A stretch of DNA of 64,000 nt from an uncultured Gemmatimonadales bacterium (GCA_963795085.1 CAWCFX010000004.1:192001-256000), one strand, 5' to 3'. Positions 18,762 through 28,092 are shown, counted from the stretch's first letter. Numbers and translations are program-made. The notes: a model not told the origin generated them from the letters alone.

Positions 18762-20465
18762 ATGGACCGTCGTATAATCTGGGCCATCGTTGCGATGATG
18801 CTGATCGCAATCCTGCCCTCTCTTTTCCTCAAGCGATCTCCTCCGCCCAGCATCCCCGCCAGCCAGCCGGCGGGACGACCGGACATCGGTTTCCGCCAGA
18901 CTCCCGAGGTTCCCACGATCGGCGCCCCTCCCGGCGTGGCCGTCGAGGACAGCCTGCATGATCTGGTGGCTGAGGCGGACACGGTGACGGTCAATTCCGG
19001 TGTGTACTCATATGGCATTTCGACCATCGGCGGCCGATTCTCCCGGGTTACCCTGCCGACCTACCGTTCGATGGCGCCCGGCGACCGGGAGGCGCCGGTC
19101 CAGCTGCTGCATCCGGATGGCAACCTCCTTGGGCTTCGGGTTCTCGCGGGCGGAGATACCCTGCACCTGGACCGGATGGCCCTCACCCCCTCCGCCTCCC
19201 GGCTCAGCGTCAACGGCCCGACGCAGCTCACGCTGAGCGGGGGGCGGGGCGGGGTCGGCGTCCGGTTGACCTACGAGTTCGTTCCCGACAATTACCTGGT
19301 CCGGATCCAGGGCCAGGTGACCGGTTTGGGGCCGAACGGCGGGGTGCTGATGGTGGGCATGGGGCCGGGGATCCGGAACACCGAGGCCGATTCCATCGAC
19401 AACCAGCGCTCGCTGGCCGTGGTGACGATGGCCAACGGGGCCCAGGCCACCAACTTCCATAAACTCGACGCCGGCCAGACCACCCCGTTCGAGGGACCCT
19501 TCCAGTGGGTGGCGGTGAAGTCGAAGTACTTCGTCACCGCGCTCTTCACGCTCGATTCCACTCAGCCCCGGATCGCGGGAGTCACCGCGAGCCCGCCGGC
19601 CAGCGCGGGGAAGAACCCTACCCGCGCCGACATCCAGGTCAGCCTGCCCCTCGGCGCCGATGGCCGCTTCGGTTACCAGCTGTACGCTGGGCCCATGGAG
19701 TACGACCGCCTTCGGGCCATCGGACACGAGTTCGACGATGTGAATCCCTATGGCTGGCCCGGGTTCCGGACCGTCATCCGGCCGGTCGCGGTAGCCGCCC
19801 GCTGGCTGCTGGTGTGGATGCACGATAATCTGCACCTGGCGTATGGCATGGTCCTGGTGTGTTTCGGGATCATGATCCGGATCATCCTGTGGCCGCTTAA
19901 CCAGAAGGCCATGCGGTCCAGCATGGAAATGCAGGCCATCCAGCCGCAGCTCAAGGAGATCCAGGACCGCTACAAGAATGAGCCGCAGAAGCTCCAGCAG
20001 GAAATGTTCAAGCTGTACAAGGAGCACGGCGTCAATCCGTTCGGCGGGTGCTGGCCGCTGCTCATCCCGATGCCGGTGCTGTTCGCGCTGTTCTTCCTGC
20101 TGGGGAACACCATCGAACTGCGGGGCGAATCGTTCCTGTGGCTGCCTGACCTCTCCCGGGCCGACCCGTATTTCATCGTGCCGGTGCTGATGGGCCTGTC
20201 GATGTTCGTCCTGAGCAAGGTCGGATCGAAGGGGCTGCCCCCCAGTCCCCAGACCAAGATCATGCTGTATGTCATGCCCGTCATGATGACGGTGCTCTTC
20301 GTGAGCTTCCCCTCGGGGCTCAACCTCTACTACGCCGTCCAGAACACGGCCAGTATCCCGCAGCAATGGCTGCTGGCCAAGGAGCGGGCCCGGCGCAATC
20401 CGGCGCCCTCCCCCGCGCCGGCCAAGGCCGCCGCCAAGACCAAGATCAAGACCCGGAAGAAATAA
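18762..20465 (+). CDS. yidC: Membrane protein insertase YidC
   Basis: IRIILWPL, MQAIQPQLKEIQDRYK, NPFGGCWPLLIPMP, FPSGLNLYY. Confidence 0.97.
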   Translation: MDRRIIWAIVAMMLIAILPSLFLKRSPPPSIPASQPAGRPDIGFRQTPEVPTIGAPPGVAVEDSLHDLVAEADTVTVNSGVYSYGISTIGGRFSRVTLPTYRSMAPGDREAPVQLLHPDGNLLGLRVLAGGDTLHLDRMALTPSASRLSVNGPTQLTLSGGRGGVGVRLTYEFVPDNYLVRIQGQVTGLGPNGGVLMVGMGPGIRNTEADSIDNQRSLAVVTMANGAQATNFHKLDAGQTTPFEGPFQWVAVKSKYFVTALFTLDSTQPRIAGVTASPPASAGKNPTRADIQVSLPLGADGRFGYQLYAGPMEYDRLRAIGHEFDDVNPYGWPGFRTVIRPVAVAARWLLVWMHDNLHLAYGMVLVCFGIMIRIILWPLNQKAMRSSMEMQAIQPQLKEIQDRYKNEPQKLQQEMFKLYKEHGVNPFGGCWPLLIPMPVLFALFFLLGNTIELRGESFLWLPDLSRADPYFIVPVLMGLSMFVLSKVGSKGLPPSPQTKIMLYVMPVMMTVLFVSFPSGLNLYYAVQNTASIPQQWLLAKERARRNPAPSPAPAKAAAKTKIKTRKK

Positions 20466-20516
20466 GGGCGCGCTCCCTCCGCGCGCCCGCCGGGCTTTCG
20501 CCATTACGTTTCAGCC

Positions 20517-21845
20517 ATGCTGTCCGATCCGATTGCCGCCCTGGCTACGCCCGCCGGGCGGTCCGCCCTCGCGGTCGTGAGGCTGAGCGGGGAGGGAGCG
20601 TTTGCGGTCGCCGGGGCCGTCATCGAGAAGTTCCGGCCCTCCCCTCCCCGCCAGGCCCGGCTGACCCGGTTTCGCCGGGCCAATGGGTCCATCATTGACC
20701 AGGGCATCTACATCGTCTATCCCGGCCCGGGAAGCTATACCGGGGAGGACCTGGTCGAATTCTCCACCCATGGCGGGTTGGTGGCCGCGCCGGCCCTGCT
20801 GGGCGCACTGTACGCCGCCGGAGCCCGGGCCGCGGCCGCCGGAGAGTTTACCCGGCGGGCCGTCCTGAACGGCAAACTGGACCTGCTCCAGGCGGAAGCC
20901 GTCGGTGACCTGATCGACGCCACCGTGCCAGCCCAGGCCCGGCTGGCCCTGACCCAGCTCGATGGCGCACTCTCCCGGCGGATCGGCACCCTCCGGACGA
21001 ACCTGATCGACCTGGAGGCCCTCCTCAGTTATTCCATAGATTTTCCCGAAGAGGACGATGGCCCGCTGCCGATCGAGCGGGTGCTGGCGGTGCTTGATGA
21101 GACCCTGCACCAGGTGGGACAACTGCTGCGCTCCGGCGCCACCGGCCAGCGTGTGCGGGAGGGCGCCCTGGTGGTCATCGCGGGTCGCCCCAACGCGGGT
21201 AAGTCGTCGCTGTTCAACGCGCTGGTTGGCACCGACCGGGTGCTGGTGAGCGAGACCCCCGGAACCACCCGGGACGCGGTGGAGGCGTTCACCGATTTCG
21301 AGGGCTGGCCGATCCGGCTCATGGATACGGCCGGGCTGGGAGACTTTGCCCAACGAGTGGACCAGATGGGGGTAGGCGTGAGCCGGCGCTACATCGAGGC
21401 CGCCGACCTGGTGCTGCTCTGCGTCGAAACAGGGCGCAACCTGGACGAGGAAGAGGTTCGCCTCCGGGACGACCGGGTGCTGCTGGTGCGCACCAAGCAC
21501 GACCTGGCTGCATCCCCCCTGTCCGAGGACGGCGTTCCCGTATCGGCACTAACCGGGGAAGGTCTCGACGTGCTGGCGCGGGGGGTGGTGGCGCGGGCGT
21601 TCGGGGAAGGGATCCCCCTGGCCGACCTGGAGCCCGCCCTGACCCGGGAACGCCACCGGGAGCGGCTCTATCAGGCCCAGGCGTCATTGGAACTCGCCCG
21701 GTCACAATGCACTCCCCAGGGCGACCCCGTGCTGGTGTCCCATCATGTCCGGCTGGCGGTCATCCAGCTCGAGGAACTGATTGGGACGGTGGACCTGGAG
21801 GCCGTGCTCGACCGGGTCTTCACCAGTTTCTGTATCGGCAAGTGA
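20517..21845 (+). CDS. mnmE: tRNA modification GTPase MnmE
   Basis: DPIAALAT, SYTGEDLVE, GRPNAGKSS, GTTRD, DTAG, C-terminal FCIGK. Confidence 0.97.
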   Translation: MLSDPIAALATPAGRSALAVVRLSGEGAFAVAGAVIEKFRPSPPRQARLTRFRRANGSIIDQGIYIVYPGPGSYTGEDLVEFSTHGGLVAAPALLGALYAAGARAAAAGEFTRRAVLNGKLDLLQAEAVGDLIDATVPAQARLALTQLDGALSRRIGTLRTNLIDLEALLSYSIDFPEEDDGPLPIERVLAVLDETLHQVGQLLRSGATGQRVREGALVVIAGRPNAGKSSLFNALVGTDRVLVSETPGTTRDAVEAFTDFEGWPIRLMDTAGLGDFAQRVDQMGVGVSRRYIEAADLVLLCVETGRNLDEEEVRLRDDRVLLVRTKHDLAASPLSEDGVPVSALTGEGLDVLARGVVARAFGEGIPLADLEPALTRERHRERLYQAQASLELARSQCTPQGDPVLVSHHVRLAVIQLEELIGTVDLEAVLDRVFTSFCIGK

Positions 21846-21876
21846 CCGCCAGGGGTGGAACCCCGAGGAGAATGTA

Positions 21877-22452
21877 ATGACCACGTCGTGGCTCCCCTCG
21901 CTCGCCGCCGCCATGGCGGCGGCTGAAACCAGCGGTAAGTCGATTCTCCTTGCCGTGCATGCCCCTGGTTGAATGGGTTGCAAGGCCATGGATACCGTGA
22001 CGTATCCCGACCCGGAAGTGGCTGCCTTCATCGCGGCCGAGTTTGAGGCAGCGCAGGTGCACATCGGCGACCCGGACCAGGCCTCCCGCGATAGCATCCG
22101 GCGTTACCGACTGCTCTGGGCGCCCGGATTCGTGGTTCTGGGCAGCAAGGGTGACGAGTTACGGCGCTTCTTAGGCTTCCAGCGGCCCCGGGATTTCATC
22201 GCGGACCTGCGGATGGGGCTGGGCAAGGGCCGCCTGCTTCAACGACGGTATGACGAGGCGTTTCGGGAGTTTCGGGCGACGGCGGACCTCGACCCTCCAG
22301 CACCGGTCAGCGACGAGGGAGTCTACTGGGCTGGTATTGCACTACACTACCGGGACAAGACCGATCTGGAATTCCTGCACCAGTACTGGGAGGAGTTGCG
22401 GCGGCGGTTTCCGGAGAGCCGGTGGTGGACGGCGGCGGACGTTTTCAGGTGA
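21877..22452 (+). CDS. Thioredoxin-fold protein with C-terminal TPR-like helices; probable selenoprotein (UxxC, Sec32)
   Basis: GAGGAG RBS, ATG 21877; KSILLAVHAPG-TGA(21970-72)-MGCKAMDTVTYPD continues in frame; hairpin immediately 3' of the TGA. Confidence 0.8.
21975..22013 (+). promoter_or_regulatory. Candidate bacterial SECIS element
   Basis: Lower stem GGGTTG/CGACCC, upper stem GGATAC-CGTGAC-GTATCC, apical loop about 24 nt after the UGA. Confidence 0.6.
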
Positions 22453-22485
22453 GAAGTGAGAGGGGACACTTCTCACTTCTCACCT
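22447..22485. terminator. 15-bp perfect inverted repeat covering both convergent stop codons
   Basis: AGGTGAGAAGTGAGA-GGGGACACT-TCTCACTTCTCACCT. Confidence 0.7.
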
Positions 22486-22679
22486 CGCTTGTGGCTGCCA
22501 TCGCAGAAGGGCCGATTTTCGGACCGGCCACAGCCGCACAGCTTGATGACTCCGGGCTGTTTGAACGGGGGAATCGGGATTTCGTTGCCATCCGGGTCCA
22601 TGATGCGCGCGGCGCCATGAATGACGATCGTGCCGGAGGGTTTGACCGTAATGCTGATCGGTTCCTCCGGCTGGCTCAC
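22473..22679 (-). CDS. CDGSH iron-sulfur domain protein
   Basis: LCGCGRSENRPFCDGSH motif. Confidence 0.92.
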   Translation of the reverse strand: MSQPEEPISITVKPSGTIVIHGAARIMDPDGNEIPIPPFKQPGVIKLCGCGRSENRPFCDGSHKRGEK

Positions 22680-23620
22680 GCGGTTTGGACTCCCCGGGCC
22701 GCGTCCTCCGCCACTTGGAAGTCCCGGGCCGGTGCCCGCACCGCCTGGGAGATCCCTCGTTCCGCCACCAGCGACTCGGCCATCCGCCAGCCCAGGTAGT
22801 ATCCAGACCGCTCCGGCAGCACTCGTCCGTTGACCAGCCTCGCTGCGGGGCTCATCCCGCCGCTGAGATAGCGCAGCCGGAGCCCCAGCCCGGCCCGCTC
22901 AAGGTCGGGCTCCGCGGAGCGCCGGAGGAACGAGTCCAGTTCCCGGAGGCGGTTGTACTGGCGCTTGGGATATCCGAAGTAATTGGCCGGCACGAAGCCC
23001 GGCGCCACCGCCTGGGCGGCATGGACGGCCACCCCTTCGTTGATCAGCAGCTCGCGGAGGGTGGCGCGGCTGCCAGTGGTCCAATAGTCGTAGTACCCAC
23101 CCGCTTCATGGATCAGCCGGCGCATGTCGCTGTTGCTGGTCGGAGAAGTGTAGCGGACCAGGTGGGCGTACTCGTGTCCCACCCAGATGGGAATGAGCTC
23201 GGGAGTCAGGCCGAGGCTGTAGGTGTCAGGGTTGGCGCGGCCGGTGAAATGCTCCAGGCAAATGAACATGACCCCGCGGCCGCCCACCACCAGCTCTCCC
23301 GCGTTGGCGGCACCCATCCCCACCATGATATAGCAATCGGCCGGCCGGTCCACGCCAAGGACTTCCTCGGCCCGGTTAAGGGCCTGCTCCACGATTTCGA
23401 CGACGTCCACGGAGGCGATCAACTCCCAGAGGTCACTGCGGTCAGCGCTCATGGCCTGGCTGATGATCTCGGCCGCCGGCGGACTGTCGAGGTCCATGAC
23501 GTAGTTGTGCCAGTACGCCTGGAGCAGCGGGCGGTGATTATCGAGATACTTGTAGTAGGCCTTTTCGCGGTCGGGGGCCTCGAGGACCGCCAGGAATTCC
23601 GGAAGGAGATTGATCAGCAC
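22676..23620 (-). CDS. Putative Zn-dependent metalloprotease (DUF2268-like)
   Basis: HEYAH, downstream NEGVA, GYYLG. Confidence 0.7.
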   Translation of the reverse strand: MLINLLPEFLAVLEAPDREKAYYKYLDNHRPLLQAYWHNYVMDLDSPPAAEIISQAMSADRSDLWELIASVDVVEIVEQALNRAEEVLGVDRPADCYIMVGMGAANAGELVVGGRGVMFICLEHFTGRANPDTYSLGLTPELIPIWVGHEYAHLVRYTSPTSNSDMRRLIHEAGGYYDYWTTGSRATLRELLINEGVAVHAAQAVAPGFVPANYFGYPKRQYNRLRELDSFLRRSAEPDLERAGLGLRLRYLSGGMSPAARLVNGRVLPERSGYYLGWRMAESLVAERGISQAVRAPARDFQVAEDAARGVQTA

Positions 23621-23674
23621 GCGAGAGAATATGGAAGCTTGAACTCTCCGCGCAAGGCGTCTTGACAGGCTGGG

Positions 23675-23912
23675 TTATCGTAGTGCCGCTGCGCGCAGCC
23701 GGGCCCGCTCCGCCCGCGGCTGCAACACCGGGTCGGCCCGGTGCCATGCATTGGCGACCCGTTCATAGTACGAGCGGGCCTCGGCGGTCCGGCCGGCCTG
23801 GTCCGACGCCAGAGCCATCAGTCCCCAGAGCTCGGTGGGGGTGGCATAGGTGTTTGCGCCGTCGAATGGTCCCGTGAGGGCCGGCTCGATGATGGCGATT
23901 GCCTCGACGCGG
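23675..23912 (-). pseudogene. 3' remnant of a TPR-containing regulator or kinase
   Basis: Translates RVEAIAIIEPALTGPFDGANTYATPTELWGLMALASDQAGRTAEARSYYERVANAWHRADPVLQPRAERARLRAAALR*; the 5' part of the gene is missing; resembles the C-termini of the kinase-TPR proteins in this window. Confidence 0.65.
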
Positions 23913-23929
23913 TACCCGGGGCCGGGTCC

Positions 23930-24304
23930 CGGGCGAGCCTGCCGGATCCGGACATCGACATGACCCTGGTCGCTATGGCTTCCGTTTCTCCCGCCCGGTT
24001 ACCGCGGGACAGCACGTCATCCGGGTCGTCAGCGCCGGTCCCCAAGTCCACGAAGTGGTCCTGGTGAAGGTCAACCCGGGCCGGACGATCCGGGACCTGG
24101 TGGAGTGGGAGTTGTCCGGCGGGAAAGGCGCCCCGCCCGGCGAATTCCCTTGGCGGCGTGGTCGGGCTCAGCACCGGCGGATGTAAGATCTTCGCCGATA
24201 ATTTCACCCCCGGGTGATTACGGGCTGATCTGCTTCCTTCCCGAGGAGGGAGACGGCAAGCCGCACACGGAACACGTATGATCCACCAATTCACTGCTCG
24301 GTAG
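23930..24304 (+). pseudogene. Frameshifted 3' remnant of a secreted cupredoxin-like protein
   Basis: Pieces in shifting frames: LPDPDIDMTLV / YGFRFSRPVTAGQHVIRVVSAGPQVHEVVLVK...GAPPG / LGGVVGLS...FTPG / DYGLICFLPEEGDGKPHTEH / MIHQFTAR*. Confidence 0.65.
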
Positions 24305-24311
24305 ACAGACA

Positions 24312-24350
24312 ACGAGCAGGCCGGCGGTGCCGGCCTGCTCGTGTCTCTTC
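24312..24350. terminator. 14-bp perfect hairpin, convergent terminator
   Basis: ACGAGCAGGCCGGC-GGT-GCCGGCCTGCTCGT. Confidence 0.7.
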
Positions 24351-24357
24351 CTGCGGC

Positions 24358-25188
24358 TCAGTGATTTTTCTTCCGGCGGGAGACTTCGTCCAGGAACCGG
24401 CGTTCGTCGGCGGTCAGGCTTCCAATACCCTGCTCGTTGATCTTGTCCAGCACCCGGTCCAATTCTACCGCCTGGGGGTCGGCTGCCGGCCGCGGTGCCG
24501 GCCGCGGCTGCTCCGCCTGGTGCTCGGTGTCGCGGTGGCTCTGAACCATCACGACCCGCTCGACCTGCCGCTCCGGCGGCAGGGGGGCCTTCCGGGAGAG
24601 GGCCTGGATCCGGAAGAAGAGGTAGCCCGCCAACATGCCGCCCAGGTGCGCAAAGTGGGCGACCTTACCGGTGGGGCTGTTCATGAAAATCAGCCCGAAC
24701 AGCGCCGACGCGCCCGCCATGACCATGACCAGGGTACGGGCCCGGATCGGAATGGGAAAGGGGAACACCAGGATCTCGGCATCCGGCCAGAACATCGCAA
24801 AGGCCAGCGCGACACCGAGAACCGCACCCGAGGACCCGATGAACGGATCCACCCGGAAGAGGCCCGAGAGGCCGAGAGCGAAAATGGCCGCGCCGGCCCC
24901 GCAGTAGAGATAGTAGAGGAGGAAATTCCGGCCCCCCATCCGTTCCTCAACGGCCGTTCCGAAGAAGTACAGGGCGACCGAGTTGCCCAGAAGGTGGATC
25001 AGCCCGCCGTGCACGAACATGTAGGACAGAAAGGTCCAGGGACGGGTAAAGGCGCGCTGGAACACCGGCGTAAACTGGAGCACGTCGATCACCCGGCCCG
25101 ATGTCAGCACTGTCGCCAGCAGCAACGCCATGACGGCGTTCGCCACCAGCAACCGGCCGACCCAGGGTGTCATGCGGGGAAGCGCCAC
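24358..25188 (-). CDS. Rhomboid family intramembrane serine protease
   Basis: PWTFLSYMFVH, HLLGN, GSSG, AHFAHLGG; C-terminal LDRVLDKINEQGIGSLT extension. Confidence 0.93.
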   Translation of the reverse strand: MALPRMTPWVGRLLVANAVMALLLATVLTSGRVIDVLQFTPVFQRAFTRPWTFLSYMFVHGGLIHLLGNSVALYFFGTAVEERMGGRNFLLYYLYCGAGAAIFALGLSGLFRVDPFIGSSGAVLGVALAFAMFWPDAEILVFPFPIPIRARTLVMVMAGASALFGLIFMNSPTGKVAHFAHLGGMLAGYLFFRIQALSRKAPLPPERQVERVVMVQSHRDTEHQAEQPRPAPRPAADPQAVELDRVLDKINEQGIGSLTADERRFLDEVSRRKKNH

Positions 25189-25235
25189 GTCCCTCTCCCG
25201 TTGCTATGCAGTGCCGGCAGGCACCCTGCCTGCCC

Positions 25236-26276
25236 TCATGAGATGGCGGACCGGCAGATCCGGTCGCACAGGTCCTCAAAGCTGATCCCCGCCGCCCGCG
25301 CCGCCTGCGGCAGCAGGCTCGTGGATGTCATCCCGGGAAGGGTATTGGCCTCCAGGCAGTACAGGCCGCCAGCCGGGTCGAGCCGGAAATCCACCCGCGA
25401 ATACCCGCCCAGCTTGAGCGAATGATGCGCCACCACCGCAAGCCTGGCGCATTCAGCCGCCACGGGATCCGGCAGGGAGGCCGGGAAGATCTCCTCCGAC
25501 ATGCCGGGGGTGTACTTGCATTCGTAATCGAAAATCTCGTGCCGGGGGATGATCTCTCCGACGGGGAGGGCCTCACCATCCAGCACCCCCACGGTCAATT
25601 CCCGCCCGGGCACAAACGCTTCGATCATGACCTCGGTGTCGTATTTGGCGGCCAGTTCAATTGCCGATCTGTAATCCCTGCCGTGCTTTACGACGCTGAG
25701 GCCGACCGTGGACCCCTGCCGGGACGGCTTGACCACCACGGGCCATCCCAGCGCCTTCTCCACGGTGCCGGCATCGGCCGGAGCCATCAGCCAGTCCGCC
25801 GTGAGTACCCCTGACGCCCGGAAGAGTCGCTTGGACACATCCTTGTCCATGGCGAGGCCACTCCCCAGCGGTCCGCTCCCGGTGTACGGCACCCCCAGGA
25901 TATCGAGGATCGTCTGGATGGTCCCATCCTCCCCTCTCCCGCCGTGAAGCGCCAGGAACAGGACCTCGGCGTCCCGCACCACCGCGAGATCCCGGAGCCC
26001 GGAAAGCAGAAACCCCTGCTCCAGCGCCGCCAGTTCTCCCGGAGACGGGGGCGCGGTGCCCACCCGCCCCGGCAGGAGGGATGGCTCATCCCGTTCCGGG
26101 ATGAATCCCCGGGCGGTGTCCACCACCGCGACCTGGTGTCCGGCGCCCCGGAGCGCCGCGATTACCTGGACCGCCGAGGCGAGAGCGACATCGCGCTCGG
26201 TCGAGGTTCCGCCCGTCAATACCGTTACCCGCAAGGTGGTCGCTCCAGGAGGAAAGTGCTGTGAGATAGGCAGCAT
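25236..26276 (-). CDS. ddl: D-alanine--D-alanine ligase
   Basis: GGTSTERDVAL, LHGGRGEDG, MDK, VKPSRQGSTVG, EANTLPGMT. Confidence 0.96.
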   Translation of the reverse strand: MLPISQHFPPGATTLRVTVLTGGTSTERDVALASAVQVIAALRGAGHQVAVVDTARGFIPERDEPSLLPGRVGTAPPSPGELAALEQGFLLSGLRDLAVVRDAEVLFLALHGGRGEDGTIQTILDILGVPYTGSGPLGSGLAMDKDVSKRLFRASGVLTADWLMAPADAGTVEKALGWPVVVKPSRQGSTVGLSVVKHGRDYRSAIELAAKYDTEVMIEAFVPGRELTVGVLDGEALPVGEIIPRHEIFDYECKYTPGMSEEIFPASLPDPVAAECARLAVVAHHSLKLGGYSRVDFRLDPAGGLYCLEANTLPGMTSTSLLPQAARAAGISFEDLCDRICRSAIS

Positions 26277-26292
26277 CCCGGCCGCCGGCGCA

Positions 26293-27681
26293 CTACCGGC
26301 TGCCGATCATGTGCTGGAGGACATCGTACCGGCTCACGATCCCTATGGTCTTTCCCGCCTGCTGCACCAGGACGGCCGGGCTCTCGCGGGTCAGCATGGC
26401 GGCCAGGCGATCTACCGTGACCGATGCTTCCACGATGGGAAAGGGCGGGTCCATGACTTCTCGCACCGGCCGGTCGAGCAGGGCCGGCTGGGCCAGGGCC
26501 CGGGTCATCAGGGTTCCCTCGGTCAACCCACCCACGCACTCGTCCTGCTCCATGACCGGGATCTGGCTGACTTCCCAGGTGCTCATGAGATTGAGCGCCT
26601 GGCGCACGCCGGCCGACGGGGCCAGGCTGACCAGGGCCGGGGCGGAACCGTCCCGGCGGCTCAGCAGGTCCTGCACGGTGGGCCGGGGCAGGTCCAGCAT
26701 CTGGTTTTCCTGCATCCACTCGTCGTTGAACACCTTCGAGAGGTAGCGCTCCCCCATATCGCAGATCAAGGTCACCACCATGGCCTCCGGGTCGTCGACT
26801 TCACGGGCCACCTGGAGCGCGAGGGCGACATTGTGCCCCGAGGACCCACCGGCGAGAATGCCCTCCTCGCGGGCCAGCCGCCTGGTCATGGCAAAGGCAT
26901 CGCGGTCCGGCAGCTGGCGGAATTCGTCCACCCAATCAAACCAGAGCGTCTCCGGAATCTTGTCGCCGCCAATGCCCTCCACCTTGTAGGGATGTCCGTC
27001 CCCCATGGTGCGGGTGCGGGAGTAGCCGGTATAGAGTGATCCCACCGGGTCTCCCGCGATGATCCGCACCTTCGGATTCTTCTCCTTGAGGTACTTCCCT
27101 GCCCCGCTGACGGTGCCGCCGGTGCCGGCGCCGATTACGACATGGGTGACCCGGCCGCCGGTCTGCTCCCAGATCTCCGGGCCTGTCGTGGCATAATGGG
27201 CCTCAGGGTTGACCTGGTTGTAGAACTGGTTGGCGAGCACCGCCCCGGGGGTGTCCCTCACGATCTGCTTCGCCTTCATGACATAGTGATCGGGATGGTT
27301 GGGGGGCACCGCGGTGGGCACCACGACCACTTCGGCGCCGAATGCCTTGAGGAGACGGACTTTCTCCTGGGACATCTTGTCGGGCATGGTGAAGATGCAG
27401 CGGTAGCCCCGGATCGCGGCCGCCATGGCGAGGGCCACGCCGGTGTTTCCGGACGTCCCTTCCACGATGGTGCCGCCGGGAGCCAGTGTGCCGCGTCGCT
27501 CGGCATCCTCGATGATCGCAATGCCGATGCGGTCCTTGACCGAACCGCCGGGGTTGGCGATCTCGGCCTTGCCGAGGACCGGCGTCCGGATTCCGGCCGA
27601 GATGCGGGAGAGCCGGATGAGCGGTGTCCAGCCGATGGTGTCGAGGATGGAGTCCACGGGCTGCCGGTTGGGATGAGTCAC
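26293..27681 (-). CDS. cbs: Cystathionine beta-synthase with CBS domains
   Basis: NPGGSVKDRIG, TSGNTG, GTGGT, YLSK, C-terminal CBS pair. Confidence 0.92.
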   Translation of the reverse strand: MTHPNRQPVDSILDTIGWTPLIRLSRISAGIRTPVLGKAEIANPGGSVKDRIGIAIIEDAERRGTLAPGGTIVEGTSGNTGVALAMAAAIRGYRCIFTMPDKMSQEKVRLLKAFGAEVVVVPTAVPPNHPDHYVMKAKQIVRDTPGAVLANQFYNQVNPEAHYATTGPEIWEQTGGRVTHVVIGAGTGGTVSGAGKYLKEKNPKVRIIAGDPVGSLYTGYSRTRTMGDGHPYKVEGIGGDKIPETLWFDWVDEFRQLPDRDAFAMTRRLAREEGILAGGSSGHNVALALQVAREVDDPEAMVVTLICDMGERYLSKVFNDEWMQENQMLDLPRPTVQDLLSRRDGSAPALVSLAPSAGVRQALNLMSTWEVSQIPVMEQDECVGGLTEGTLMTRALAQPALLDRPVREVMDPPFPIVEASVTVDRLAAMLTRESPAVLVQQAGKTIGIVSRYDVLQHMIGSR

Positions 27682-28067
27682 TGCGAGGCCCCGCTGGGTC
27701 GGGGCAGGCGGAACTGCACCGGTTGAGTGAAGGCGGTCCCCACCGGCCGCCCGTCCCGCTGGGCCGGCGCGAAGCGCATCCGGGGAATCCCGGCAACGGC
27801 GGCGGAATCGAACTCAGGATACCCGCTTGATTCGGCCACCCGGGTAGAATCGGCGATCACGCTGCCCTGCTCGTCCACGAACAACTGGAGCGTGACGGTA
27901 CCTTCGACCCCCTGCTGGTACAGCGCGGGAGGGTAGACGACCGGGGGCTCCGCATCGAGGGCCACCGGCGGTTCGTCCCGCCGCTGGGATTCTCCGTCCG
28001 GGCCCGGCTCGTCCCTGCCGCCGCACGCCACGAAGAGAATCAGAGAGAGGAGCAGGAACAGGCGCAT
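27678..28067 (-). CDS. TonB C-terminal domain lipoprotein
   Basis: YPPALYQQGVEGTVTLQLFVDEQG...SSGYPEFDSAA...RFAPAQRDGRPV; lipobox FVAC. Confidence 0.85.
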   Translation of the reverse strand: MRLFLLLSLILFVACGGRDEPGPDGESQRRDEPPVALDAEPPVVYPPALYQQGVEGTVTLQLFVDEQGSVIADSTRVAESSGYPEFDSAAVAGIPRMRFAPAQRDGRPVGTAFTQPVQFRLPRPSGASQ

Positions 28068-28092
28068 GCGATTCTCCAGGGTGCGGCGGCGT

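Noticed and set aside
24214..24220. TGA in the cupredoxin-like remnant as a second Sec codon
   Set aside because: It arises from a frameshift (FTPG / DYGLIC) in a decayed gene, not at a Cys position.
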